Positions 37,056 to 50,200 of a stretch of DNA of 64,000 bases are shown piece by piece. The DNA lies in the NCBI RefSeq assembly GCF_035084215.1, contig NW_027138451.1:248001-312000 (forward strand), given 5' to 3'. The translations under genes were made by a program, and so were the position numbers. Position 1 is the stretch's first letter; each line of letters opens with the position of its first letter. The notes below the pieces were generated by a model that was not told the origin of the DNA, made no database searches, and saw only the letters and a program-made list of their open reading frames with translations. The DNA comes from Heptranchias perlo. Taxonomy: Eukaryota.

Positions 37056-39221
37056 CGGCCAGTTGGCCAGACGGTACTTCCGGTTTATATTCCAGGCTTG
37101 TGTGGGAACGTCCATCGGTTGCTGACCACAGACGGGACTGGATTGCCTCACTCCCTCACCGTTATCGACTGGTGCACTGCACCATTTCATCTCGTATTCA
37201 GAGATAGACTCACCCAAACCATGATAACTATTTGCCTCATTTTCTTTCGTAAGCTCATTTTTTATTCGTGTTTTATTAAAGTGCCAGCGTTCAATAGAAT
37301 TCCGCATAACTGTAATAAGCCAGTGAACTGGGAAAATTGCGCAGAATCAATTAAAATAAGCTAAGGAGAAATAATTGAATATCCAGGAGAGACGGTTTGG
37401 AATTTACTGCAACTGAATGAATATTGCATGAATCAATGTAATATTGCATTCAAATGCTGCACCTTGAATAAAGGCTCAGTTTATTATGAGTGGCGCCCTC
37501 GCCTAATTTTCAATAGCACAGAACCAGGTGACCTTCAGACTTATTAAGCATTACCTATAACGCCCATAGGAGCACATAGGTGTATCTTTCTTTACCAATA
37601 TACTGCGGTTAAGGCACGAATTGATATATGACCCAGTCTGAGAGCTTTACACCTTGCAGAAATCCACTGGAAATTAATGAATGCTGATTATCGACACTTA
37701 TATCCAGAAAACTGTTGGAAATCAGACGCCTTGTCTCAACCCACGGGTAAGAATTCCCCTAGAAATTCGTTGCAGTGAGATCATGGGTGGTTTCAAATCA
37801 ATTTCTCTGAGGCCCTATTTCTGGCAAATTCGTGAACATATTTTCAAAGGGCCCGTTAACCATTTGCCAAGAAATACTGAGGAGAAATAAATTACATCAG
37901 AGCCTGTACAGCGTCACTTCCTATAGCTAGACGATCGATTCCCCCCTTGTATCTAATTGCAGCAACAAACCCTGGATATAGACGTTATCATCAATTAAAT
38001 TCTAAAATGAGTGACACTGTGATATTAGGATCCATTTTGTTTTTAATATGTTATGTGGATATTAAGATCAGGAATAGGCCATCCAACCACTCGCGCTTGC
38101 TCCTAAAATCAATTAGATCATGGTTGACCTGTACCTCAACTCCATATTCCGATCTTTGCTCCATATCCCTAATACCCTTTACCTGACGACTGTATTTGCA
38201 GTGATTTGCCTGAACAAAGTCTCAGAAAAAAATCGGGAATTCTGTCCAACTCCCAATCGTCTGGAAATGAAATGTTCTCATCAACAGATTTTATGCTCAG
38301 CTTTGTTTGAAATGTGATTGCTGTTTTATTACTTTCAGGATGTTACTTTTAGATTCTGTCAAAACAAAGGTTTGGAATAAAATAAATACCATCTGCTCCA
38401 TGCTGTTATTGAAGGTATTTTTTTACTGAAAGTTGTGGGTTTAAACCTAACACTGATTTCTTGTATACATGTATTCACATTTTAATTAACCTTTCAGCTT
38501 GTTCCAATGAGTGAGTTAGTAAAACTCATCCATAAGCATCATGAAAGCTATATCTTGAACAACTAAAATAATCTCGGGATTAAATTCAGTCGAGCGACCG
38601 GTGTTTTCGATTCCATTAATTTACGACAGATATTTCATGGATCGAAGCAACTGGACGGTGTGTTACTGAAACATGGGAAATAAACCGGACAGTCAGTCCA
38701 ATCCAATTATTAAGCGGTATAATAATTGTTACAATAAGATTCATATATTCTAAGGAAAGAGTGTTCAGTCTCAGCACCAAATTCTAGTAATTATGTTAAT
38801 GAGTTGATTCATTCTTTCATAGCACAAAAATCCAACAATGAATTAACTGAAGTGACGCTTTCAATTCATGCAGCTAAATTGAACGAATCTGTTCTGTGGC
38901 TAACTGCGGGGAACTGAAGGCTGGAAATTGCTGTTGGCGATTTTCCACGAACCATATTCCGCCTTTCTGTTGCTCTCCTCTTTTATTAATTGAAACTCTA
39001 AGCCGTGTAATTTACACCAGTTATACCTCCATTGAAACAATATTCAAAAGATGTCTCACCAAAGTAAAACTGCACTAATATCACAATCGGCAATTTCCAC
39101 TTACACTTCGTTAAAATGACAAGAAAGACTAAACATCTAAAACATTACTCGGTATTCATGGACTGATGCTTCTTACCTTCCCATTATGCTCCTTTTCCCC
39201 TCTTTGAAGGCAGGCGTTAAT

Positions 39222-39440
39222 ACATTTATTTAAACATATTATGCATTTTTAGGATATACTGTGCAGTAGATTTATTTAAACATATTATGCATTTTTAGGA
39301 TATTCTGTACAGTATATATTTATTTTAAAATATAATGCATTTTTAGGATATACTGTACAGTAGATTTATTTAAACATACAACGCATTTTTAGGATATGCT
39401 GTACAGTAGATTTATTTAAACATATTATGCATTTTTAGGT
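39222..39440. repeat. About 46-bp AT-rich tandem repeat, about 4.5 copies
   Basis: TTTATTTAAACATATTATGCATTTTTAGGATATACTGTACAGTAGA repeated. Confidence 0.9.
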
Positions 39441-40229
39441 AGATTGTGGATAGAATTTCAATCATTACCTCACCGAAATTGTCATTTCCTCAGAGATTCT
39501 CCCGCTTCACCATCGTAACTTTGGCGGAACCTCGGAAATTTCCTGCGCAGTGTCTTCACCATTTTGGATGAGATATGCGTGGGCGCTCTGTTGACGGAGG
39601 CACTGCTCTGTTAAAAATAAATAGGTTAACATGTTATCTAAAATTTGGAATTTCAAGCGCACTGAGAAATCACCGCGAAGTTATTGTCCTGTGGAATAAA
39701 TCAAGACCAGGAAACTGAACAAACGTGTAAAATTCAGTCTGGTAGCGTGAAGAGAATGTAATTGAATTCAAGGAACAGGAAAATAGAATCCACTGAAACA
39801 TGCTGCCGATTGATGTTATGATCAGAACACATTGACCTGTGCCCGGTTTCACCATCCTGGGCCTTCGCTAATCTGAAATAACGCACTGGCAATTCACACT
39901 GAGTAGTTCCTGCGCCATTTTGAATGGGTTTAAAGTACCTGTATCGAATGAAAGGATTAACACAACAATAAATTAATGCGGAAAGGGAATTGAGGCGAAC
40001 ATCTTAAGCTATTACACGACAACACAATTTTAACACAAGCATTTTTTTAAAAAGTTACGAACTTAATGGAAACGAACTGAATGCCCAGTGGAAATGGTGG
40101 TGTTGTTCTGTCACCTGAACTCAATTTGTGCATCCTTGGTTATTGATGTGTTCGTGTCAAGAAACTTCATTTTGTGTGAAGGAATTACACACCACCTAGT
40201 GACTAATTTCTGCTATTACAGCATTATCG

Positions 40230-41105
40230 GAACATAAGAGGAGTGGGCCATTCATCCCCAAGAGCCTGTTTCGATATTCAATCAGTACATGGCTGATCTG
40301 TACCCCAACTCCATTTACCCGATTTAGCTCCACATATCCTTACACCCTTACCGAACAAAAATATATCAATCTCAGTCTTGAAAATTTCAACTGAACCCCA
40401 GCATCCACAGCCTTTTGGGGGAGAGAGTTTCAGATTTCCACTACCCTTCGTGTGGGAAAGAGCTTCCTGATTTCACCCCTTAATGACCGAATTCTAATTT
40501 TATGATTGTACCGTCTTGTTCTGGAATCCACCAGAGCAAACAATTTCTCTGTATCCACCCTATCGAATGCCTTCATCATTTTAAGCACCTCGATCAGATC
40601 ACACCTCAAGTGTCTAAACTCAAGGGAATACAACTGTGCAAACTGTCCTTGTAATTTCGCCATTTAAGCTCTAGTATAATTGTGGTAAATCTGCACGGTA
40701 TATATCCTTCCTGAGGTGCGGTTCCCAATACTGAATGCAGTACTCCAGATGGGGTCTGACCAGAGCTCTGTATAACGGAAGCTTTTCATCCTCCCCTTTC
40801 TATTTCAGCCCCATTGAGATAAAGGGCATCATTCATATAGCCTTTTCTATTACTTTTTTAAACTGTCCTATAGCTATTATTGATTTGTCTACATGGACAC
40901 CAGGTCTTTTTGATGTTCTACAGTTCCTGACGTTCGGTTTTACGAAAGTTAACGGATTTTCCTTTCTCCAACCCACAATTGATGACCTCACGCTTGCTCA
41001 CATTGCACTACATGTGCCATCGTTTTTTTTCCGACTCACTTAATCTGTTATTGTCACTTTGTAAGTTCCTGCTCCCGTCTACAATACTTATTGTGCCTCC
41101 TAACT
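40230..41105 (-). mobile_element. 5'-truncated CR1 LINE
   Basis: LYSLEFRHLRCDLIEVLKMMKAFDRVD...RRVVEI. Confidence 0.85.
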
Positions 41106-41939
41106 AGGGCATGAATTAGTTAATAAAATAATGAAGCCGCAACATATATTGTTATCCCAGGCCTGGCCACGCGATGGCGCGCCAGCGCTTACCCCTGCCG
41201 CGTGTATTCCTTGCTCTTTCAACAATAAAAATAATTCTTACCTTGGTCTTTCAATGTTTTTCTATATTTTGGTGTTTTCCGTTCTTCTTACAAGTCCTGT
41301 CTCTGTCTCTCCCGCGCTCTATCGTTACTTCTTTCACTTTGATTGCAGTTTTCCTTATTCGTCCTTCTTCACCTTCATCGGGATTTCGAAAATGATTGGT
41401 CAGTATGTTCAATAAATGCCCATTAAATTCCCAACATGCTCCCTGCTCCCCCGACTATGGCCCAACTTCCCGTAAACTTAAATGCCTGAACCTGATAACA
41501 GAACATGGCATTGGATACTTTACATACTCCACGGAATGGCCCATGGATTTCACTGCGAAGGCAGCTTTAAGGACTGATATAAAGTGACATTGCTTCACTG
41601 CCAAGCAAAACAATAGTGCAATAAATGACAAGATTCTCCAGCTTCAAGCTTCCTACCTTATTTTTAAACTAAGAAATCTTACTCACCAGCTCGTAGAGCG
41701 AGCTTCCTCAGCACACTCGGTATGTGAATGTAGGGGCGTGCAAGTACTGTGTTCGAGCTTACGTTTGTATCCGTTTCCTGATTGCTTCTCTTGTTTAAAG
41801 AGACAGGTCACCACGGAGCTATTTCTGCAGCCACGGCTCTTTCCCGCGCTACCCCTGTTGCTTTATGCAAGAACAAGGACGTCAAGAGCAAGCAAAGGTC
41901 ATTCGGCCCTTCACAGCTCCTGGCTGTTGTATATATGGC

Positions 41940-43820
41940 ACTAAAGAGTGACAAATCCCCATCACAAGGTTTTAAAGGAAGTAAGTGTGAACATTGCAGA
42001 AGCCCTAACTATAATCTTCCAAAGTTCACTCGATTCTGAAACCGTCCCTTTAGATTGGAAATTGCACATGTCACTCCGCTGTTCAAGAAAGGTGAGAGAC
42101 GAAACCAGGGGATTATAGACCAGTTAGCCAAACATCAGTTTTCGCGAAATTACTAGACCCTATAATTAAGGATAGGGTTATTGAACACCTTGAAAATTTA
42201 CAGCTGATCAGAGAGTGGCAGCAAGGATTAGTAAATGTAGGACATGCCTGACCAACCTGATTGAATTTTTGGAAGAGTTGACTAAAGTAGTAGAACAGGG
42301 AATGTCCATGACTGTTATTTCTATCGACTTCCAGAAGGCATTCGATATAGTCACTCATAAGAGACTGTTAGCTAAAATTGAAGCTCATGGAATTTAGGGG
42401 ATATAATTGACCTGTTTAGGAAATTGGCTGAGGGGCAGGGGGGAAGTGTAGGGATATTGGGCAGATACTCAATTTTTCAGGATGTATCTAGCTGCGTCCT
42501 GCAAGGACCTGTGTTGGGGCGTGAACCATTCAAATTATTTACTAACGTCTTAGGTGATGGAATAGGGAGCCACATATCCAAGTTTTCCGGAGATACGAAG
42601 ATAGGCAATATTGTAATCAATATCGAAGCATTACATTCCAGAGCGATATTAATAAATTAAGGGAATTGTTTTTTTTAATTCGTTCACGGGATGTGGGCGT
42701 CGCTGGCAAGGCCAGCATTTATTGCCCATCCCTAATTGCCCCTTGAGAAGGTGGTGGTGAGCTGCCTTCTTGAACCGCTGCAGTCCGTGTGGTGACGGTT
42801 CTCCCACAGTGCTGTTAGGAAGGGAGTTCCAGGATATTGACCCAGCGACAATGAAGGAACGGCGATATATTTCCAAGTCGGGATGGTGTGTGACTTGGAG
42901 GGGAACGTGCAGGTGGTGTTGTTCCCATGTGCCTGCTGCTCTTGTCCTTCTAGGTGGTAGAGGTCGTGGGTTTGGGAGGTGCTGTCGAAGAAGCAAAGCT
43001 GTGGCAAATCAATTTCGATGTTCGTAAGTGTGAGGTCATCAACTTTGGAACAAAAATGATCGATCAGAATACTTTCTAAATGGTGAAAAGCTAGAAACAG
43101 TGGAGGTTCAAAGAGACTTAAGTGTCCATGTACATAGATCATTAAAATGTCATGGACAGGGGCAGAGAATAATCAAAAACGCTAATGGAACGTTGGCCTT
43201 TATATCTGGAGGACAAGAATACATGGGGGTGGAAGTTATGCTTCAGCTCTACAAATCACTGGTTAGATCAAACCTGGAGTACTGTGTTCAGTTCTGGGCA
43301 CCACACCTTAGGGCGGATATATTGGCCTTGGATGAAGTGCATCGTGTATTTACTGTGATGATACCGTACTCCAAGGGTTAAATTACGAGGAGAGATCACA
43401 CAAACTATGGTTGTATTCCCTGGAATTTAGAATACTAAGGGGTGATTTGATCGAAGTTTTCACGATATTAAGGGGAGCTGATAGAGGGAAACTGTCTCCG
43501 CGGGTTGGGGAGTCCAGCACTTGGCGGACACAGCCTAAAAAATAGAGCCAGGACTTTCAGGAATGAAGTTAGGAAACACTTATACACGCAAAGGGTGCAA
43601 AAAGTCAGGAACTCTCTTCTGCAATTGAAAGCGGATGCGAGCTCAATTGTTAATGTGAAATATGAGATTGATAGATTTTTGTTAACCAAAGCTATAAAAG
43701 CATCTGGGGCTGAGGCGGGAATATGGAGTTAGGTCACAGGTCAAACATGATGTCATTGCATGGTGGAACAGGCCTGAGGGGCGAAATGGCCTATTCCTGT
43801 CTCCATGTTCCTCGGTTCCT
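41940..43820 (+). mobile_element. CR1 ORF2 fragment interrupted by a minus-strand insertion
   Basis: CLTNLIEFLEE, DFQKAFDIVTH and LEYCVQFWAP motifs; 3' tail at about 43800. Confidence 0.9.
42668..42992 (-). mobile_element. 3' end of a distinct CR1-clade LINE/SINE family nested in a CR1
   Basis: Minus strand reads ...SWNSLPNSTVG.PSPHGLQRFKKAAHHHLLKG, then an A-tail; a short related piece lies at about 45285-45350. Confidence 0.75.
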
Positions 43821-44639
43821 TCATTCATGTCTTCCAGCATCGCCTTTGGCTACACTTTAAATGTCTTCAGTGTCTTTCACTCTACCACCTTGCAGACAGA
43901 GTATTACACATTTGAATCAATGAGTAGATTTCCGTCTGTACCTCCTGGGCACAAATCATCGCCTGGACATTGCGCCGAATGCAAAATCAGGCTTGGAAGA
44001 TCGAACATCCACGACGGATCCCGTCCGATTTACCTTTCATTTGAATTAATGGAAGGAAAATCAGGCCGGTTTTGCTCCAGCCTGATTTTCCTACCTGTGC
44101 TAACTCCCGCCTCCGCAGTACAGAATAACATATACCCCAAGGTATTTTGATAGGCCTTGCAATTATAACGTGGGATAATTGCAGATCAAGGCTTAAAGTG
44201 CCCCCGTGAAATTCCTCCGCCTGCTAACGCAGAGGACATAATTTTCAAATTACTGAAATTATTGATGTGATAACAGCAGAGGAATGATAAGCGTGTTCCT
44301 GTGGTAGCCTGCCCTCCTCATCTTTAACGGAGGCTATATTACATTTATTTTGATTTTTCCCTTCTTTGCAATATTGGAGAGAGGGACATCATTCAAGTGT
44401 GATCTTCCTTCGTCCACCATGATTCTGATCAGTGATCGATTAATTCCTCTGAGGCAATATTGGAGGCAACGATTTCAGACGAATTTTGCTGAACATCGAT
44501 ACGCAATTGTTCCACACCGTCATTTTAAGACCGGATTGCATGTTTTAGATTTACTTTACACGAAATATATTTATGATCTTTAATGTAGATCTTTACTTAC
44601 CCTGAAGTCATTTGATGAGAGCTTGAGAACAGAGGTTGG

Positions 44640-45130
44640 GAAAGACAGGAAGTGAACGTCTAACCGAGTGACGCGCTAACAGAGTGAGGACTTTCAACTG
44701 GGAATTTGGTGAGGGTGGGAATTAAGTGCAGAGGGGGAAGAAGGTGCGAAGTTATTTTAACCAAAACACTATAGATTAAAACTGACCGAAGCATAAAAGG
44801 GAGACACACAAGGAATCAAAACAAGGCAAGCAGGAGAGCAGAGGGTAAGTCTGTAAGTATTGAATTCATTGGTTTGTGTTTTTTAGTGGTTAGTGTTTTA
44901 GTGACAGATAAACAGTAAAGTGCCATAAAGCGAAACAAACAGTTTAAGTTACTGTTAGCTAACTTGGCAGGACATCTGGGGCCCGTAACATGTACATCCT
45001 GTTCCATGTGGGAACTCCAGAAGACTTCGTGTGTCCCGGAAAACCACATGTGCAGGAAGTGCTGCCAACTGTTCGAGCTCGAGCTCAGAGTTTCTGAGCT
45101 TCAGGGGCATCAATACGTCCATGAAAGTAA
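44640..45130 (+). mobile_element. CR1 5' UTR and ORF1 N-terminus (CxxC...CxxC zinc finger plus leucine zipper)
   Basis: MAGHLGPVTCTSCSMWE...HMCRKCCQLFELELRVSEL. Confidence 0.7.
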
Positions 45131-45199
45131 ATCTTTTGTGAAACGTAGTTACCAAAAATATGTGCAAAACTATATTGTTCTGAGAAACTCATTCTAAGC

Positions 45200-46260
45200 C
45201 TAAGCCAATCCTCTGTATACATTTACTGCTCTTGCGATGTGTCCCAACATACCCGATGTATATATCAGCTGCTCTTGCAATGTGTTTTTTTATTCGTTCA
45301 TGGGATGTGGGCGTCGCTGGCAAGGTCAGCATTTATTGCACATCCCTAATATATGTCCAAACATACCCGCTGTATAGATACACTGCTCTTGCCACGTGTC
45401 CTAACACACCCTCTGTATTCATCCACTGCTCTTGCCACGTGTCCTAACACACCCTCTGTATTCATCCACTGCTCTTGCCACGTGTCCTAACACACCCTCT
45501 GTATTCATCCACTGCTCTTACCACGTGTCCTAACACACCCTCTGTATTCATCCACTGCTCTTACCACGTGTCCTAACACACCCTCTGTATTCATCCACTG
45601 CGCTTACCACGTGTCCTAACACACCCTCTGTATTCATCCACTGCGCTTACCACGTGTCCTAACACACCCTCTGTATTCATCCACTGCTCTTACCACGTGT
45701 CCTAACACACCCTCTGTATTCATCCACTGCTCTTACCACGTGTCCTAACACACCCTCTGTATTCATCCACTGCTCTTACCACGTGTCCTAACACACCCTC
45801 TGTATTCATCCACTGCTCTTACCACGTGTCCTAACACACCCTCTGTATTCATCCACTGCTCTTACCACGTGTCCTAACACACCCTCTGTATTCATCCACT
45901 GCTCTTACCACGTGTCCTAACACACCCTCTGTATTCATCCACTGCTCTTACCACGTGTCCTAACACACCCTCTATATACATCCACTGCTCTTACCACGTG
46001 TCCTAACACACACTCTGTATACATCCACTGCACTTACCATGTTTCCTTACATATCCTCCATATACATCCACTGCTCTTGCCATGTGTCTTAACATATCCT
46101 CTTTGTACATCCACTGCTCTTGCCATGTGTCCTAACATATCTTCTGTATACATCCACTGCTCTTGCCATGTGTTCTATGACACACTTTGTATTCATCCAC
46201 TGCTCTTGCGATGAAATCAACAAAACCTTTGTTCACATCCACTGGTCTTGCGATGTGTCT
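45200..46260. repeat. 43-bp minisatellite with a highly homogeneous core
   Basis: CCACGTGTCCTAACACACCCTCTGTATTCATCCACTGCTCTTA; near-identical copies from 45390 to 46010, diverged at the edges. Confidence 0.97.
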
Positions 46261-46529
46261 GAACAACGTATATGTTTTTTAAATCTTTCCTCACACATTC
46301 TCAAAATTAATGGTGACGTTTCTATCCTCACTCCCGAGTCTTTGACCAAAAGTTGCCATTTTCAGTTTCTTCATTGTACACTTGTTTCCTTTGCTCTGTT
46401 AGCCCAATATGAAAAAAAAATCACATTCGTTACTGTCATATATACCACGGTCGGAGAAGTAATGATGAATTTCACGAAGGCAATGGCTACTCAACGGTTT
46501 AACTGCCATGTGCAGTTTTAGGCGCTCCA

Positions 46530-47270
46530 TTAAAGAAAGAATATAAATGTCACAGACCGCGTACCAAGTCGATTCACGAGGGGATGCCAGGAATGGAAGT
46601 TAGATCATTAAAATTGATGGGATTTTTCGAGTTGATCAGAAAAGCCGAAGAAGAGATTCATTGAGCTTTTCAGAATTATGGAGGATTTTAATTGGATGGA
46701 TAGGGAAATCTATTTCCTTTGATTGGTGAGTCAATGATGAAGAGTGATCAATTTAAAATTGTAATTAAGAGAGTCAGGAGACCGGCTTTGAGAAATCGTT
46801 ATAATTGGAGGGTTGTTTGAGACGCAACACGGTCAATGGTTGTGGCAAAGAACAGGAGAGTGTTAGTGGAAAACTAAATAATTATAAGAAGGAGAGAAAA
46901 TAACAGGGCTACAAAAAGAGAGAGCGAAAGTGGGATTCGTTTGGGATTGATACAGGGCTATGTGGAAAGAGAGGGGCATTGAGATTAGTTTTCGATTGAT
47001 ACAGGGCTTTGGGCAGATAGCGAGATAGTGGGATTAGTTTGGGATTAATACAGGGCAATGGGGTGAGAGCAGGGCAGTGGGATTAATCTTGGATTGGTAC
47101 AGTGCTACGGGGAGAGAGGGTGTCAGTGGGGGTAGTATAGGCTTGAAACAGAGTTATGGGAAGATAATGTGGCTTAATTGGAAAGCTCTTTCAAAGGAAG
47201 CAGCACAAGCACGATCGGCCGAATGGCCTCATTCTGTGCTGCGTCATTTTTTGCTTCTATGGTCCTGTGA
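46530..47270 (+). mobile_element. Degraded CR1 3' end grading into satellite
   Basis: Degenerate RRFTR.MPG/..GF..MDRE.LFPL-type sequence; tail GGCCGAATGGCCTCATTCTGTGCTG at about 47220. Confidence 0.7.
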
Positions 47271-50200
47271 TTGATACAGGGTTATGGGAAGAGTGTGGTA
47301 AGTTTTAGTTTGATACAGGGCCATGGCTTGAAAGTGGGACAGTTGGATTAGTCTTGGATTGATACACATTTACGGGCAGAGTGAAGGGCAGTGGGATTAT
47401 TTGAGTTTGATACGGGGCCATATGAAAGAATAGGGCATTGGGATTAGATTGGAATTGATAAAGGACAATGGGGAGAAAGCGGAGAGTGTGATTAGTCTGG
47501 GATTGAAGCAGGACTATGAGGAGAGAGGGGTCAGTGGGATTAGTCTGGGATTGATTCAGAACTATGAGGAGGGAGGGCGCCAGTGGGATTAGTCTCGGAT
47601 TGATTGAAGACTATGAGGAGAGAGGGGGTCAGTGTGATTAGTCCAGAATTGATTCAGGACAATGAGGAGAGAGGGGTCAGTGGGATTAGTCTAGGATTGA
47701 TTCAGAACTATGAGGAGGGAGGGCGCCAGTGGGATTAGTCTCGGATTGATTGAAGACTATGAGGAGAGAGGGGGTCAGTGTGATTAGTCTAGAATTGATT
47801 CAGGACAATGAGGAGAGAGGGGGCCAGTGGGACTAGTCTAGGATTGATTCAGGACAATGAGGAGAGAGGGGGTCAGTGGGACTAGTCTAGGATTGATTCA
47901 GGACAATGAGCACAAAGCGGTTCAGTGGGATTATTCTGCGATTGATTCAGAGCTACGAGGAGAGAGGGTGTCAGTGGGATTAGTCTGGGATTGAAGCAGG
48001 ATTATGAGGAGAGAGCGGTTCAGTATGATTAGACTGGGATTGATTAAGGACTATGAGGAGAGAGCGGGTCAGTGGCATTAGTCTGGGATTGAAGCACGAT
48101 TATGAGGAGAGAGCGGGTCAGTATGATTAGACTGGGATTGATTCAGGACTATGAGGAGAGAGGGGGTCAGTGGGATTAGTCTGGGATTGATTCACGACAA
48201 TGATGAGACAGGGGGTAAGTGGGATTCGTCCAGGATTGATTCAGGACTATGAGGAGAGAGGGGGTCATTGTGATTTGCCTCGGATTGATTCAGGACTATG
48301 AGGAGAGAGGGGTCAGTTGGATTAGTTAGGGAATGACTCATGCCCATGTGGAGAGAGAGGGTCAGTGGGATTAGTCTGGGATTGATTCAGGACTATGGGG
48401 AGAGAGTAGTTCAATGGGAATAGTCGAGGATTGTTTCAGGACTATAAGGAGAGAGGGGGTCAGTGGGATTAGTCTGGGATGTAATTAGGATATGGGGAGA
48501 GAGCGGTTCAGTGCGTTCAGCCTCGGATTGATTCAGGACCAAGGGGCGAGAGGTGGACACCGGGATTAGTCTAGGATTGAAGCAGGACTATGTGGAAAGA
48601 GGGGGTCAGTGGGATTAGTCTGGGATTGATTCAAGATTATGCAAAGAGAGGGGGTTAGTGGGATTAGTCTGGGATTGATGCGGTACTATGGGGAGAGAGG
48701 GGCTCACTGGGATTAGTCTGGAATTGACTCAGGACTATGAGGAGAGAGAATCAGTGCGATTAGTCTGGGATTGATTCAAGACTATGAGGAGAGAGGGGGT
48801 CAGTTGGATTATTCTGTGATTGATGCAGGAGTATTAGGAGAGAGGGGGTCAGTGGGATTAGTCTTGGATTGAATCAGGACTATAAAGAGAGAGGGGGTTC
48901 AGTGGGATTAGTCTGGGATTGATTTAGGTTATGGGGAGAGAACGGGTCAGTGAGATCAGTCAAGGATTGATTCAGGACTATGAGGAGAGAGGGGTTCAGT
49001 GGGTTTAGTCTGGGACGGATTCAGGCCTATGAGGAGAGAGGGGGTCAGTGGGATTAATCTGTAATTGATGCAGGACAATGAGGCCAGAGGGCAGAGGGGC
49101 TCAGTGGGATTAGTCTTGGATTGGTGCAGGTCTATGAGGAGAGAGGTGGTCAGTGGCATTAGTCTGGGATCGATTCAGGACAATGAGGAGAGAGGGGGTC
49201 AATGGGATTAGTGCAGGATTGATTCAGGACTGGGAGGAGAGAGGGGGTCACTGGGATTTGTCCGGGATTGAATCAGGACTATGAGGAGAGAGGGTGACAG
49301 TGTGATAAATCTTGGATTGATTCAGGACAATGAGGAGAGAGGCGGTCAGTTGGATTTGTCTGGGATTGATTTAGGATATGGGGAGAGAGGGGTTCAGTGG
49401 GATTAGTCTCGGATTGATTAAGGACAATGGGGGGAGAGGGGGTCAGTGGGTTTATTCTGGGATTGAAGAGGAGTATGTGGAAATAGGGGGTCAGTGTGAT
49501 TAGTCCGGGTTTGATTCAAGAATATTAGAAGAAAGCGGGTCAGTGTGATTCTTCTGGGATTGATTCAGGTCTATGAGGAGAGAGGGGGTCAGTGGGATTA
49601 GTCTGGGATTGATTCAGGACTGTGAGGCGAGAGGGGATCAGTGGGATTAGTCTGGGATTGATTCAGGACTATGAGGAGAGAGGTGATCAGTGCGATTAGT
49701 CTGTGATTGATTCAGGACTATGAGGAGAGAGGGGATCAGTGGGATTAGTCTGGGATTGATTCAGGACTGTGAGGGGAGAGGGGGTCAGTTTGATTATACT
49801 GTGTTTGCAGCAGGACAAGTGGTGAGAGGTGGTCATTGCGATTAGTTTCGGATTGCTTCAGGACTATGGGGAGATAAGTGGTCAGTGGGATTAGTCTGGG
49901 ATTAATTCAGGACTATGAAGATATAGGGGGTCAATGGGATTCGTTTAGGATTCATTCAGGATTAGAGGGAGAGAGGAGATCAGTGGGATTAGTCTGGGAT
50001 TGATTCAGGACTATGAGGAGAGCGGGGGTCAGTGGAATTAATCTGGGATTGATTCAGAACTATGAGGACAGATGGAGTCAGTGGGATTATTCTGGGATTG
50101 ATGCATGACTATGAGGAGAGAGGGGCTCACTGGCATAGTATGTGTTTGATTCAGGACTATAAGGAGAGAGAGGGTCAGTGGGATAAATCTTTGATTGTTT

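Noticed and set aside
45200-46260. CRISPR-like array (also considered for other regular repeats)
   Set aside because: There are no unique spacers and no cas genes, and the context is vertebrate. These are simple tandem repeats.
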